A stretch of DNA of 64,000 bases from Candidatus Lambdaproteobacteria bacterium. GTDB taxonomy: Bacteria; SAR324; JACQKK01. The notes beneath the pieces are model-generated. The model searched no databases. It was not told where the DNA came from and saw only the letters and a list, made by a program, of their open reading frames with translations. The stretch lies in the NCBI GenBank assembly GCA_016204605.1, contig JACQKK010000010.1:7636-71635 (forward strand), given 5' to 3'. Shown here one piece after another: positions 1-9,106 of this stretch (position 1 is the first letter of the stretch; each line of letters begins with the position of its first letter). The position numbers and the translations under genes were made by a program.

Positions 1-255
1 GACGAGGCATTCCGGCGGCTGGGGATCGCACGGCGTATGATGGAATGGGCCCTGCGCCTGGCCGAAGCCCAGGGCCGGCACGAGGTGTCGGTGGCGCTCG
101 AGGCCGGGAACGGCGCCGGTGCCGCGTTCCTGCGGGCGACCGGGTTCGCGCCGAGCGACCGGCCCAACGCCTGCTTTCCCGATCCCGCCCAGGGGGCGCT
201 CTGGCTGCGGACGCTGCCCGAGCCGCCCGCGGAAACCGACGAGGAGTCACCATGA
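1..255 (+). CDS. GNAT family N-acetyltransferase, C-terminal part (5' end outside window)
   Basis: Frame 1 reads through from nt 1 as ...AFRRLGIARRMMEWALRLAEAQG, the GNAT motif A region, and ends at TGA 253-255. The stop overlaps the ATG of the next gene. Confidence 0.6.
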   Translation, partial: DEAFRRLGIARRMMEWALRLAEAQGRHEVSVALEAGNGAGAAFLRATGFAPSDRPNACFPDPAQGALWLRTLPEPPAETDEESP

Positions 256-1055
256 ACGCCGAGCGCGCCCGCCGTCACCCGATGATCACCCTCACCACCG
301 ACTACGGCACGGCCGATGGCTTCGTGGGCGCGGTCAAGGGCTGCATCCTCACGCTGCATCCCAGGGCGCGGCTGGTGGATATCAGCCACGAGATCGGCCC
401 GCAGGACGTCTGGCACGGCGCCTGGTGCCTGCGCCGCGCCGCGCCGCGCTTCCCCCCGGGCGCCGTGCACCTGGTGGTGGTGGACCCCGGCGTGGGCTCG
501 GAGCGGGCGGCGCTGATCGTCGAGACGGCACGCTCCCTGCTGGTGGGGCCGGACAACGGCGTGCTCTCGCTCGCCGCCGGCGAGGAACGGGTGCACCGCG
601 TCGTGAGGATCGAGGAGTCGCCGCCGCGCTGGCACCGCAGCGCCAGCTTCGATGGGCTGACCCTGTTCGCCCCGGTGGCCGCACACCTGGCCGCAGGCAT
701 GGCGCCCACCGCCTTCGGCGGCGAGATCGGGCGCATGGTCGAGCTGGAGCTGCCCGCCCCGGAACGGGTGCCGGGCGCCCTGCACGGCCGCCTGCTGGGT
801 TTCGACCGCTTCGGCAACGGGCTGACCAACATCAGCCGGGCGCACCTCGCCGCCGAGGCGCCGCGGGCCGTGCGTTTCGGCACGGGCGTCATCGCCGAGC
901 CCGCCTCCCACTATGGCGCGCTGCGGGAGCATCCCGAGCAGCCGCTCGCCTTGTGGAACGGCGACGATTACCTGGAGCTGGCGCTGTATCGGGGTTCCGT
1001 GCGCGAACGCTACGCGCTCGCGGCCGGCGACCCCGTCACGGTGCTGCTGGAGTAG
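252..1055 (+). CDS. SAM hydroxide adenosyltransferase family protein (DUF62, fluorinase/chlorinase-like fold)
   Basis: The translation MNAERARRHPMITLTTDYGTADGFVGAVKGCIL...DPGVGSERAALIV...LVGPDNGVLS matches the SAM-hydroxide adenosyltransferase family. The ATG at 252 is in frame with the long ORF 45..1055. Confidence 0.75.
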   Translation: MNAERARRHPMITLTTDYGTADGFVGAVKGCILTLHPRARLVDISHEIGPQDVWHGAWCLRRAAPRFPPGAVHLVVVDPGVGSERAALIVETARSLLVGPDNGVLSLAAGEERVHRVVRIEESPPRWHRSASFDGLTLFAPVAAHLAAGMAPTAFGGEIGRMVELELPAPERVPGALHGRLLGFDRFGNGLTNISRAHLAAEAPRAVRFGTGVIAEPASHYGALREHPEQPLALWNGDDYLELALYRGSVRERYALAAGDPVTVLLE

Positions 1056-1123
1056 GAGTTGCATGACTACCGCCGGCCCCCGGGAATCCCCGGCGGGTCG
1101 CCGCCCCGAGATCAGGAGGAGCG

Positions 1124-2098
1124 ATGCCTTTCCCGACCGCGCGTCCCCGCCGCCTGCGGGCTTCTGCCACCCTGCGCCGGATGGTGCGGGAAACCCATCT
1201 GCGGGTCGATGACCTGATCTACCCGATGTTCATCACGGAGGGCAGCGGGGTGCGCAATCCCGTCACCTCGATGCCTGAGGTGCACCAGTTCTCCATTGAC
1301 GAGGCGCTCAAGGAGGTGGCGGAGGTGGCCGGGCTCGGCATCCCCGCCATCGACCTGTTCGGGGTGCCCCACGAGAAGGACCTGGAGGGGCGCCACGCCA
1401 CTGCCGAGGGGGGGCTGATCCAGCGGGCCGTGCGCGAGATCAAGCGGCGCTTTCCCGAGCTGGTGGTGATGACCGACGTCTGCCTGTGCGAGTGGCTCTC
1501 CCACGGCCACTGCGGCCTGGTGCGCGGCGAGTCGATCATGAACGACGAGACCCTGCCCGTGCTGGCGCGGATGGCCGTCTCCCACGCCCGCGCCGGGGCC
1601 GACCTGGTCTCGCCTTCCGACATGATGGACGGCCGGGTGGCGGCCATCCGCCAGGCGCTGGACGCGGAAGGCTTCGAGCACGTGCCGATCATGGCCTATT
1701 CGGCCAAGTTCGCCTCCGGCTTCTACGGACCGTTCCGCGAGGCCGCCCAGGGGGCGCCGCAGTTCGGCGACCGCAGCACGTACCAGATGGACCCCGCCAA
1801 CGGCCGCGAGGCGCTCAAGGAGGCCCTGCTCGATGTCGCGGAGGATGCCGATATCGTGATGGTCAAGCCGGCGCTGCCCTACCTCGACATCGTCTGGCGC
1901 GTGCGCCAGGAGACCCACCTCCCGGTGGCCGCCTATAACGTGAGCGGCGAATACGCGATGCTCTGGGCCGCGGCCCGGGCCGGCTGGCTGGAGCTGGAGC
2001 GCACGATGATGGAAAGCCTCGTCGGGATCAGGCGCGCGGGTGCCGACCTGATCCTCACCTACTTCGCCAAGCGGGCCGCCCGCCTGCTCAAGCCCTGA
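1124..2098 (+). CDS. hemB: porphobilinogen synthase (delta-aminolevulinate dehydratase)
   Basis: The 324-aa product carries ...RRLRAS..LRRMVRETHLRVDDLIYPMFI...KPALPYLDIV...AYNVSGEY, a characteristic HemB signature. An AGGAGGA Shine-Dalgarno sequence sits at 1114-1120. Confidence 0.9.
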   Translation: MPFPTARPRRLRASATLRRMVRETHLRVDDLIYPMFITEGSGVRNPVTSMPEVHQFSIDEALKEVAEVAGLGIPAIDLFGVPHEKDLEGRHATAEGGLIQRAVREIKRRFPELVVMTDVCLCEWLSHGHCGLVRGESIMNDETLPVLARMAVSHARAGADLVSPSDMMDGRVAAIRQALDAEGFEHVPIMAYSAKFASGFYGPFREAAQGAPQFGDRSTYQMDPANGREALKEALLDVAEDADIVMVKPALPYLDIVWRVRQETHLPVAAYNVSGEYAMLWAAARAGWLELERTMMESLVGIRRAGADLILTYFAKRAARLLKP

Positions 2099-2107
2099 CC
2101 GGTACGG

Positions 2108-3028
2108 ATGCCCCTGATCGCACGTCGGTTCACGGCCCGGCTGGTGCGGGCCTGCGTCGCGGGCCTGGCCCTATGGCCCCTGGCCCTCGTCGTCGGCGCG
2201 TGCTCGGCCCCGCGACCCGCAGCGCCCGCCCTGGCGCCCCTGCTCGCGCATCCGGGTGGCTGGGGCGCACAGGCGGCCCTCACCCCCGCCCTCCCCGCAC
2301 ACCCGGCCCCGGGCGACGAGCCTGCGGCGCTGCGGGTGCCGGCCGCGGCCTGGCCGGAGCCGGCGCGCGTGGCCCCGGACCCGGAGGAGCGGAGCCTCTC
2401 CGACCCGGCGGAACCCGCGACGCTCCCGCCGGCAGGGCTCGATGCCGCCGGGCGCGCAGCGCTGAGCCCGTACCTGAGCGGCGTGGCCTCGTGGTACGGC
2501 CCCGGCTTCCAGGGGCGCCTGACGGCCAACGGCGAGGTGTACAACCAATACGGCCTCACGGCCGCCCATCCCGTGCTGCCGATGGGAACCAAGATCGAGG
2601 TGGAGAACCTGGAGAACGGCCGCAAGGTCTGGCTGCGGGTCAACGACCGCGGGCCATACATGAAGGCCCGCATCCTGGACCTGACACGGATCGGCGCCGA
2701 GCACCTGGGCATCGTCGACCGGGGCACGGCGCCCGTGCGCATCCGCGTGCTCAAGTGGCCCACCACGCTCGATACCGAGCTCGGCATCGCCGCCTACCGC
2801 CAGTTCGTGGTGCAGGTGGCCGCCTATCCCGACCCCGACGAGGCGGAGGCCCAGCGCCGGCTGCTCCAGCAGCGGTTCCGCTGGGCCGCGTTCTTCGTGG
2901 ATCACCCGCCGGCCACCCAGTATGCGGTGGTGATCGGTCCGTTCGACGACGAGAGCGAGGCCGGCCAGGCCGCCGCCCGCCTTCGCGCCCGCGGCGTGAC
3001 CACGCTCGTGCGCAGCTACCGCAAGTGA
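2108..3028 (+). CDS. rlpA: septal ring lytic transglycosylase RlpA family lipoprotein (DPBB domain plus C-terminal SPOR domain)
   Basis: It has an N-terminal signal/lipobox (LVVGAC). The core GVASWYGPGFQGRLTANGEVYNQYGLTAAHPVLPMGTKIEV...RVNDRGPY is the RlpA DPBB fold, and the C-terminus is SPOR-like. Confidence 0.8.
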   Translation: MPLIARRFTARLVRACVAGLALWPLALVVGACSAPRPAAPALAPLLAHPGGWGAQAALTPALPAHPAPGDEPAALRVPAAAWPEPARVAPDPEERSLSDPAEPATLPPAGLDAAGRAALSPYLSGVASWYGPGFQGRLTANGEVYNQYGLTAAHPVLPMGTKIEVENLENGRKVWLRVNDRGPYMKARILDLTRIGAEHLGIVDRGTAPVRIRVLKWPTTLDTELGIAAYRQFVVQVAAYPDPDEAEAQRRLLQQRFRWAAFFVDHPPATQYAVVIGPFDDESEAGQAAARLRARGVTTLVRSYRK

Positions 3029-3083
3029 GGGCGGGGTTTCCCCCCGCGGCCAGATTCCCCCATCCCCAACGAGGTCGATCGAC

Positions 3084-3926
3084 ATGCCCAGCCCTACCCG
3101 AGTGGAGCTGAACGTGGACCGGCGCGGCGTCGCGCGCGTCACGCTGCACAGCGAGAACCGCATGAACCCGCTCAGCTCGCCCACCATGGATGCGCTGCTG
3201 GAGGCGGGCACCGCGCTGATGACGAACCGGCGCGTGCGCCTGGTGGTGCTCACCGGCGCAGGCGAGAAGTCCTTCATCGCCGGGATGGATCTGCACCAGC
3301 TCTCGGCCACCACCAGCGCCACCATGGCGCTCCAATCCATCACCAGGGTGCACCAGGTCTGCCACCTGTTCCGCACGCTGCCCGTGCCGAGCATCGCCCG
3401 CGTCAACGGCTACTGCCTGGGGGCGGGCATGGAGCTGGCGGCGTGCTGCGACATCCGCGTGGGAGCCGATCACAGCCGCTACGGCATGCCCGAGGTGCGG
3501 CTGGGCCGCGTCTCCGTGGTCGAGGCCTCCGTGCTGCCCTCCCTGCTCGGCTGGGGCAAGGCGCGCGAGCTGATCTACCGCGGCACGATGATGGACGCCG
3601 ACGAGGCCTACCGCACCGGCTTCCTCCAGGCCAAGGCGCCGCTCGCGGAACTGGATGCGGCCATGGCGCCGATGGTCGAGGATATCCTCGCCGCCGAGCC
3701 CAATGCCGTCCGCGCGCAGAAGCGGCTCATCGAGAGCTGGCTGGACGATACGGGCGTCCTGGCGGGCGTGCAGAAGGGCATCGATACGGTGGTGGAGACC
3801 CACCTGGCCGGTCACACCACGGCGCGCGTCCACGAGACGATCGCCGCGCTGAAAGCGAGGAACGCCGGCAAAGCCGGCGCCGTGGCCGCCTCAGCCAAGG
3901 CCGCGCGCCCGGCGCGCAAGGGGTAG
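3084..3926 (+). CDS. enoyl-CoA hydratase/isomerase (crotonase) family protein
   Basis: The crotonase fold signature is present: VVLTGAGEKSFIAGMDL...VNGYCLGAGMELAACCDIRV. Confidence 0.8.
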   Translation: MPSPTRVELNVDRRGVARVTLHSENRMNPLSSPTMDALLEAGTALMTNRRVRLVVLTGAGEKSFIAGMDLHQLSATTSATMALQSITRVHQVCHLFRTLPVPSIARVNGYCLGAGMELAACCDIRVGADHSRYGMPEVRLGRVSVVEASVLPSLLGWGKARELIYRGTMMDADEAYRTGFLQAKAPLAELDAAMAPMVEDILAAEPNAVRAQKRLIESWLDDTGVLAGVQKGIDTVVETHLAGHTTARVHETIAALKARNAGKAGAVAASAKAARPARKG

Positions 3927-3990
3927 CCACCCCGCGACGTACCTCCATTGCACGTCGAAACCCCATTTCAGACCCCCCCAAGGATTCCGC

Positions 3991-4809
3991 ATGTTCAAGC
4001 CGACCACCGTGGAACTCAAGATCAAGCACGGCGTGGCGACCCTCACGCTGCACAGCGAGAAGCAGATGAATCTGCTCAGCTCGCCCACCTCGGAGCAGGT
4101 GCTGCGCATCGGCAGCGAGCTGATGCGCAACGAGAAGCTGCGGCTGGTGATCCTCACCGGCGCAGGCGAGCGCGCCTTCATCGCCGGCAAGGACATCAAC
4201 GAGCTGGCGGGCTACCGCGACGGCGTGATGGCGCTCAACTCGATCACCAAGACCCACATGGTCTGCCACCTGTTCCGCGCGCTGCCGGTGCCGAGCATCG
4301 CCCGCGTCAACGGCTACTGCCTGGGCGCCGGGATGGAGGTGGCCGCCGCCTGCGACATCCGCGTGGGCGCCGACCACAGCAGGTACGGCATGCCGGAGGT
4401 GCAGGTGGGCACAGTCTCCGTGGTCGAGGCCGCCCTGCTGCCCTCGCTGATCGGCTGGGGCAAGACGCGCGAGCTGCTCTACCGCGGCACGATGATGGAC
4501 GCCGACGAGGCCTACCGCTCCGGCTTCCTCCAGGCCAAGGCGCCGCTCGCGCGGCTCGACGAGGCCATGGCGCCGATCGTCGAGGACATCCTCGCCGCCG
4601 AGCCCAACGCCATCCGCGCCCAGAAGAAGCTGATCGAGAGCTGGCTGGACGACACGGGCGTGGCAGCGGGCGTGCAGAAGGGCATCGACTACTACCACGA
4701 CGTCTACCTGCAGGGTAACGCCGTGGGCTGGGCCGAAAAGCGCCTCAAGGAGCTGCAGGCGCAGAAGGCCGGCAAGCCGGCCTCCGGTCGCGCCAAGTCC
4801 GGCAAGTGA
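3991..4809 (+). CDS. enoyl-CoA hydratase/isomerase family protein (tandem paralog of 3084..3926)
   Basis: The protein is collinear with the upstream gene and about 70% identical by eye (VILTGAGERAFIAGKDI...VNGYCLGAGMEVAAACDIRV). Confidence 0.8.
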   Translation: MFKPTTVELKIKHGVATLTLHSEKQMNLLSSPTSEQVLRIGSELMRNEKLRLVILTGAGERAFIAGKDINELAGYRDGVMALNSITKTHMVCHLFRALPVPSIARVNGYCLGAGMEVAAACDIRVGADHSRYGMPEVQVGTVSVVEAALLPSLIGWGKTRELLYRGTMMDADEAYRSGFLQAKAPLARLDEAMAPIVEDILAAEPNAIRAQKKLIESWLDDTGVAAGVQKGIDYYHDVYLQGNAVGWAEKRLKELQAQKAGKPASGRAKSGK

Positions 4810-4833
4810 CTTTGACCGATGAGACGACTGACC

Positions 4834-5160
4834 ATGCCCCGCGAATACCCCGCCACCGGTCATCGCACCCGCGCCCCGACCCATCCCGGCCGGCTGCTGA
4901 AGGAGACGGTGCTCCCGGCGCTGGGGATCACCGTCAGCGAAGCGGCGCGCCAAATGGGCGTCTCCCGGCAGACCCTGCACCGCATCCTCGCCGAAACCCA
5001 TCCGGTCACGACCGAAATGGCGCTGCGGCTGGGCAAGTTCTGTGGGAACGGGCCCGGGCTGTGGGTGCGCATGCAGCAGGCCCATGATCTCCGGCACGCC
5101 GAGCAGCGCCTGCGGTCAGAGATTGAACGCATCCCCACCCGCCGCGTCCGCTCGGCATAG
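4834..5160 (+). CDS. HigA-family antitoxin / XRE-type HTH protein (stand-alone)
   Basis: It has ...HPGRLLKETVLPALGITVSEAARQMGVSRQTLHRILAE...ALRLGKFCGNGPGLWVRMQQAHDL, the HigA/VapI antidote HTH fold. The start is taken at the internal Met of ORF 4819..5160. No higB-like ORF lies upstream. Confidence 0.6.
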   Translation: MPREYPATGHRTRAPTHPGRLLKETVLPALGITVSEAARQMGVSRQTLHRILAETHPVTTEMALRLGKFCGNGPGLWVRMQQAHDLRHAEQRLRSEIERIPTRRVRSA

Positions 5161-5186
5161 CCGACCCCGCGCGCCGCTTCGACCCC

Positions 5187-6743
5187 TTACGGCCGGAACC
5201 CCTGGCGGGTGATGCCGGGGCGGCGCAGCGGCGCGACCAGGTCCGCGAAGTCGCAGAGCAGCGGGCGCGTGTCGCGCGGGTCGATGATCTCCTCCGGGAC
5301 GAACGCCTCGGCCGCGCGGAAGGGCGAGCGCAGCAGGTTGATGCGATCCTCGATCTCCTGGTGCTTGGCCTTGGGGTCGGGCGCGGCTTCGATCTCGCCG
5401 CGGTAGGCCGCCTCCAGCCCCCCTTCGACCGGCAGCGAGCCCCACTCGCCCGAGGGCCAGGTGTAGCGGACGTTGTAGCGGCCCGCATTCTGGTGGGCGC
5501 CGCCGGCCACGCCGAAGCACTTGCGTACGATGATCGAGCACCAGGGGATGGTGGCCCGCACGAGCGCCGCGATGGCGCGCGCGCCGTAGCGGATGGTGGC
5601 CGTCTCCTCCGCCTCGACGCCGATGAAGAAGCCGGGGATATCGATCAGGTGCACCACGGGCAGGTGGAAGGTCTCGGCCACGTCCACGTGGCGCATCACC
5701 TTCTGCGAGGCGTCGGCGGTCCAGGCGCCCGCGTAGTGGTAGGGGTCGCTGGCGACGATGGCCACCGGCCAGCCGTTCAGCCGGGCGAACCCGCTGATGA
5801 CCGGCCGCCCCCACAGCTTGCCGATCTCGAAGAACGAGCCCTTGTCCACCACCGCCTCGATGATGCTGCGCATCTTGTACACGCGGCGCTTATCGCGCGG
5901 GATGGCCTCGATCAGCCACTCCTCGCGCCGGTTGGGGTCGTCCGTGATCGGCCCGCGCGCCGGCAGCTCGTCCACGTTCGAGGGCAGGTAGGAAAGGAAG
6001 CGCCGCGCCCTGCCGAACGCCTCCTCCTCGCTGGCGGCCTCGTCGTCCACGGCCCCGTTGCGGGTGTGGATGTGGCTGCCGCCAAGCTCGTTCTTGCTGA
6101 GGTGTTGGCCAACGCGGGACACGACCGGCGGGCCGGCCACGAACATCTGCGAGGTCTCCTTCACCATCACCGAGTAGTGGCTGGCGGCCACGCGCGCCGC
6201 CCCCAGTCCCGCCACCGACCCCAGCGCCAGGGAGACCACCGGCACCGTCTCGAGGTTGCGGACGATGTAGTCCCAGCGCCGGCCGTCGAACCCGCTCGGG
6301 AGCAGGGTGTAGCCCTTGATCTCGATGTTCTTGACCGAGCCGCCCCCGCCGGTGCCGTCCACCAGCCGCACGATGGGCAGCCGCAGCTCGTGGGCCATCA
6401 TCTCGGACATGACGAGCTTTTCCTTGATCGCCCCGTCGTTGGCGCCGCCGCGCACCGTGAAGTCGTCGCCGGAGACGACGACGCGCCGGCCGTCGATCAG
6501 CCCGCGGCCGATCACCAGATTGGCCGGGGTCATCCCCACCAGCTTGCCGTCGGCATCATACTCGGCCTTGCCGGCGAGCGTGCCGATCTCGTGGAACGAG
6601 CCCGGGTCCAGCAGCCCGTCGATGCGCTCGCGCACCGTGAGCTTACCGCCGGCGTGCTGGCGCTTGATCTTGTCGGGACCGCCCATCATGCGGCCCAGCC
6701 GCTCCCGCTCCCGCAACTCCTCGATTTCCGGCTGCCAGCTCAT
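5187..6743 (-). CDS. acyl-CoA carboxylase carboxyltransferase subunit (propionyl-CoA carboxylase beta-like)
   Basis: The protein MSWQPEIEELRERE...GKLTVRERIDGLLDPGSF.E.G...GDDFTVRGG... has the two-domain carboxyltransferase architecture. The start is set at MSWQ, since the ORF tool's upstream extension is R/A-rich. Confidence 0.85.
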   Translation of the reverse strand: MSWQPEIEELRERERLGRMMGGPDKIKRQHAGGKLTVRERIDGLLDPGSFHEIGTLAGKAEYDADGKLVGMTPANLVIGRGLIDGRRVVVSGDDFTVRGGANDGAIKEKLVMSEMMAHELRLPIVRLVDGTGGGGSVKNIEIKGYTLLPSGFDGRRWDYIVRNLETVPVVSLALGSVAGLGAARVAASHYSVMVKETSQMFVAGPPVVSRVGQHLSKNELGGSHIHTRNGAVDDEAASEEEAFGRARRFLSYLPSNVDELPARGPITDDPNRREEWLIEAIPRDKRRVYKMRSIIEAVVDKGSFFEIGKLWGRPVISGFARLNGWPVAIVASDPYHYAGAWTADASQKVMRHVDVAETFHLPVVHLIDIPGFFIGVEAEETATIRYGARAIAALVRATIPWCSIIVRKCFGVAGGAHQNAGRYNVRYTWPSGEWGSLPVEGGLEAAYRGEIEAAPDPKAKHQEIEDRINLLRSPFRAAEAFVPEEIIDPRDTRPLLCDFADLVAPLRRPGITRQGFRP

Positions 6744-7034
6744 GCCTCTTCCTTTCGATGGGTAACCTGCCGCGGCTGCGGGCCGGCCGCCCGGCGCCGC
6801 GCAGCTTCTGCTCAATAGTGGTCCTAGTGCGGGGGAGGGGGCCACGTCAAGGGGCGAAGCCGCGCGACGCGATCACCCCGACCTTGAAGGGCAGGAGCGG
6901 CGCGACGGCGCAGGCCGCCAACACCATCGCCGCCAGGTCGGTTGACACCAGCCACGGCACGCGCAACGTCACGCAAAGCCACTGCGGGCGGAACGGCCTG
7001 CCGTCGTCCGGCCCGCCGCGATCAAGGTGCAGAT

Positions 7035-7430
7035 TCAGCCCCGCGCATAGCGCTCCAGTTCTTCGGGCTTGACGGCAACGTGCTCACAGGGCAAGGGCGT
7101 CTGGGCGAGGATGCACACCATGTTGGTCGTGGGGTGCGTGTTGCGAATGGAGTGCGGGACATTCTTGGGCACGAGCACCAGGTCGCCGGGCTTGACCGGA
7201 AACGTTTCGAGGCCGACCACACAATCCCCCTCGCCTTCCGTGAAGTAGAGGATCTCATCGGAACTTGGATGACGATGCAGCGGATTGTTCTGCCCGGGAG
7301 CGATGCAGTAGACGTTGAAATGCATGTCCGAAGTCTCGAAAAGCCGCTTGCGCATGAAGAACCGCTCCCGGAACTCCTCAGCGTCCTTGAGATTGAAGTG
7401 TTTCCTGTTCTCGCCACCGAACGGGATCAT
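7035..7430 (-). CDS. cupin domain protein
   Basis: The 131-aa product has a cupin_2 motif (GQNNPLHRHPSSDEILYFTEGEG...PGDLVLVPKNVPHSIRN). It is a paralog of 8672..9067. Confidence 0.7.
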   Translation of the reverse strand: MIPFGGENRKHFNLKDAEEFRERFFMRKRLFETSDMHFNVYCIAPGQNNPLHRHPSSDEILYFTEGEGDCVVGLETFPVKPGDLVLVPKNVPHSIRNTHPTTNMVCILAQTPLPCEHVAVKPEELERYARG

Positions 7431-7534
7431 GGCATGTACCTCGCGAATGGTTTACCCATGGAATCTGTGCCCGTGCACCGCGCGTCCGACGCCCAGCCGG
7501 AACGCGAGCGCGGCCGCTGCCGGCAGTCCAGCGA

Positions 7535-8524
7535 TCAGCGCGAAGTAATCCCCCGCACCACCAGCAGCTTGTCGGTGCCGGATTCGGCGGCCCAGACCTC
7601 GCCCTGGCGGCCGAGCATCTGGCGCACGTTCGCGCCGCGGCTGGGGATGGGGTAAACGTCGAAACTCTCGCGGACGGGGTCGAAGCGCACCATGGCGTTG
7701 GCGGCCCACTCGGCGAGCCAGACGCCGTCGCGCTCGTCCACGTACACCGAGTAGGGCTTGGGGTTCCGGCCGGGCGGCTTCCACTCGCGCCAGCGGCCGC
7801 TGGCGGGGTCGTATAGCGCCAGGTTGCCGGCCACCCACTCGCTCACCCAGAGCCGCCCCTTGGAATCCGACCAGACGCGGCGCGCGCCCTGGTTTTTCGT
7901 GGGCGGCTCAAGCACGGTGGTGGCGCCGGTCGCCAGATCGACCTTGGCGAGGAAGCTGCCCGCCAGCGAGACGTAGTACACGTCGCCCCCGGGCGTGGCG
8001 CAGATGCCGTAGGGGCCGCGACCCCGGGGGGCGTCCCACACGTCCATCGTGCCGGTGGCGGGGTCGAGCCGGCCATAGACGCCGCTCTGGCCGGTGAACC
8101 AGAGCCGACCCGCGCCGTCGAACGCGGCGGTGTTGAGGTTGGCGCCCTCGCGGCCCTCGGGCAGGGGGAACACTTGCAGCCGCTCCGTCGTCGGCTCGAC
8201 GCGCACGATGGCGTTGAGGCCGCCGTCAGTGACCCAGGCCGCGCCGTCGGGACCCACGATCACGCCATGGGGGCGGGAGCCCGCGCCGAGCGCGACGTGG
8301 CGGGTGGCGCCGGATTTCGGATCGAGCCGCCCCAGCTCGCCTCGCGGCTGGGCCGTGTACCAGACCGTGCCGTCGGGCGCCGGCGCCACGTCGTGCGGGC
8401 GGGAGCCCCGCGGCACCGGAAACTCCTCGATGCGCGGCGCGGTCGCCGCGACGTTGGCCCAGGCGATCGCCGCCACCCCGACCAGGAACAACACTCCCGC
8501 CCGCCAGCCCTGAGCCATCGACAC
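7535..8524 (-). CDS. secreted beta-propeller protein, virginiamycin B lyase (Vgb)/NHL-repeat-like
   Basis: It has an N-terminal signal peptide (AGVLFLVGVAAIAWANVAATA). Repeated blades read ...GPDGAAWVTDGGLNAIVRVEP... and ...GRLWFTGQSGVYGRLDP..., typical of the COG4257/SMP-30 type. Confidence 0.55.
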   Translation of the reverse strand: MSMAQGWRAGVLFLVGVAAIAWANVAATAPRIEEFPVPRGSRPHDVAPAPDGTVWYTAQPRGELGRLDPKSGATRHVALGAGSRPHGVIVGPDGAAWVTDGGLNAIVRVEPTTERLQVFPLPEGREGANLNTAAFDGAGRLWFTGQSGVYGRLDPATGTMDVWDAPRGRGPYGICATPGGDVYYVSLAGSFLAKVDLATGATTVLEPPTKNQGARRVWSDSKGRLWVSEWVAGNLALYDPASGRWREWKPPGRNPKPYSVYVDERDGVWLAEWAANAMVRFDPVRESFDVYPIPSRGANVRQMLGRQGEVWAAESGTDKLLVVRGITSR

Positions 8525-8671
8525 CCCCGCTCATGCGATTAGGTACCGCTCCCTCGCCCACCCCCGACTGCGCCGGCCGGCAGACGGGCCCCCCACACGG
8601 AGAATACCCCGCGCCGCAAGCGATGCCCGGGGTGCGGGGGGCGTCGGGCGGGATGTCGGGGTGCGGAACTC

Positions 8672-9067
8672 TCAGCCCCGGGCGTATCGCTCCAGGTCCT
8701 CGGGTTTGACGGCCACATGCTCACAAGGCAGCGGGGTCTGAGCCAGAATGCACACCATGTTGGCCGTGGGTTGGGTGTTGCGGATGGAGTGCGGCACGTT
8801 CTTGGGTACGAGCACCAGGTCCCCGGGTTTGACCGGATAGGTTTCCAGGCCGACCGTGCACTCCCCCGCGCCTTCCACGAAGAACAGCACCTCGTCGGAG
8901 ATCGGGTGGCGGTGCAGCGGATTCGCCTGCCCTGGTGCGATGCAGTAGACGTTGAAGTGCATGTCCGAGGTTTCGAAGAGCCGCTTCCGCACGAAGAAGC
9001 GTTCGCGGAATTCCTCGGCCTCCTTGAGGTTGAAGTGCTTCCTCTCGTCGCCACCGAAGGGGACCAT
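8672..9067 (-). CDS. cupin domain protein (paralog of 7035..7430)
   Basis: The protein is about 85% identical to the other cupin over its full length. The DNA is about 80% identical and the similarity continues roughly 30 nt into the 5' leader. Confidence 0.7.
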   Translation of the reverse strand: MVPFGGDERKHFNLKEAEEFRERFFVRKRLFETSDMHFNVYCIAPGQANPLHRHPISDEVLFFVEGAGECTVGLETYPVKPGDLVLVPKNVPHSIRNTQPTANMVCILAQTPLPCEHVAVKPEDLERYARG

Positions 9068-9106
9068 GGCACATCTCCGCTGAAGGTTTGATTCCGATGC
9101 GCGGCG

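Noticed and set aside
4700-4834. A HigB/RelE-type toxin partner for the HigA-like gene
   Set aside because: Only 24 nt separate the upstream crotonase stop from the HigA-like start. No small toxin-like ORF exists on either side.
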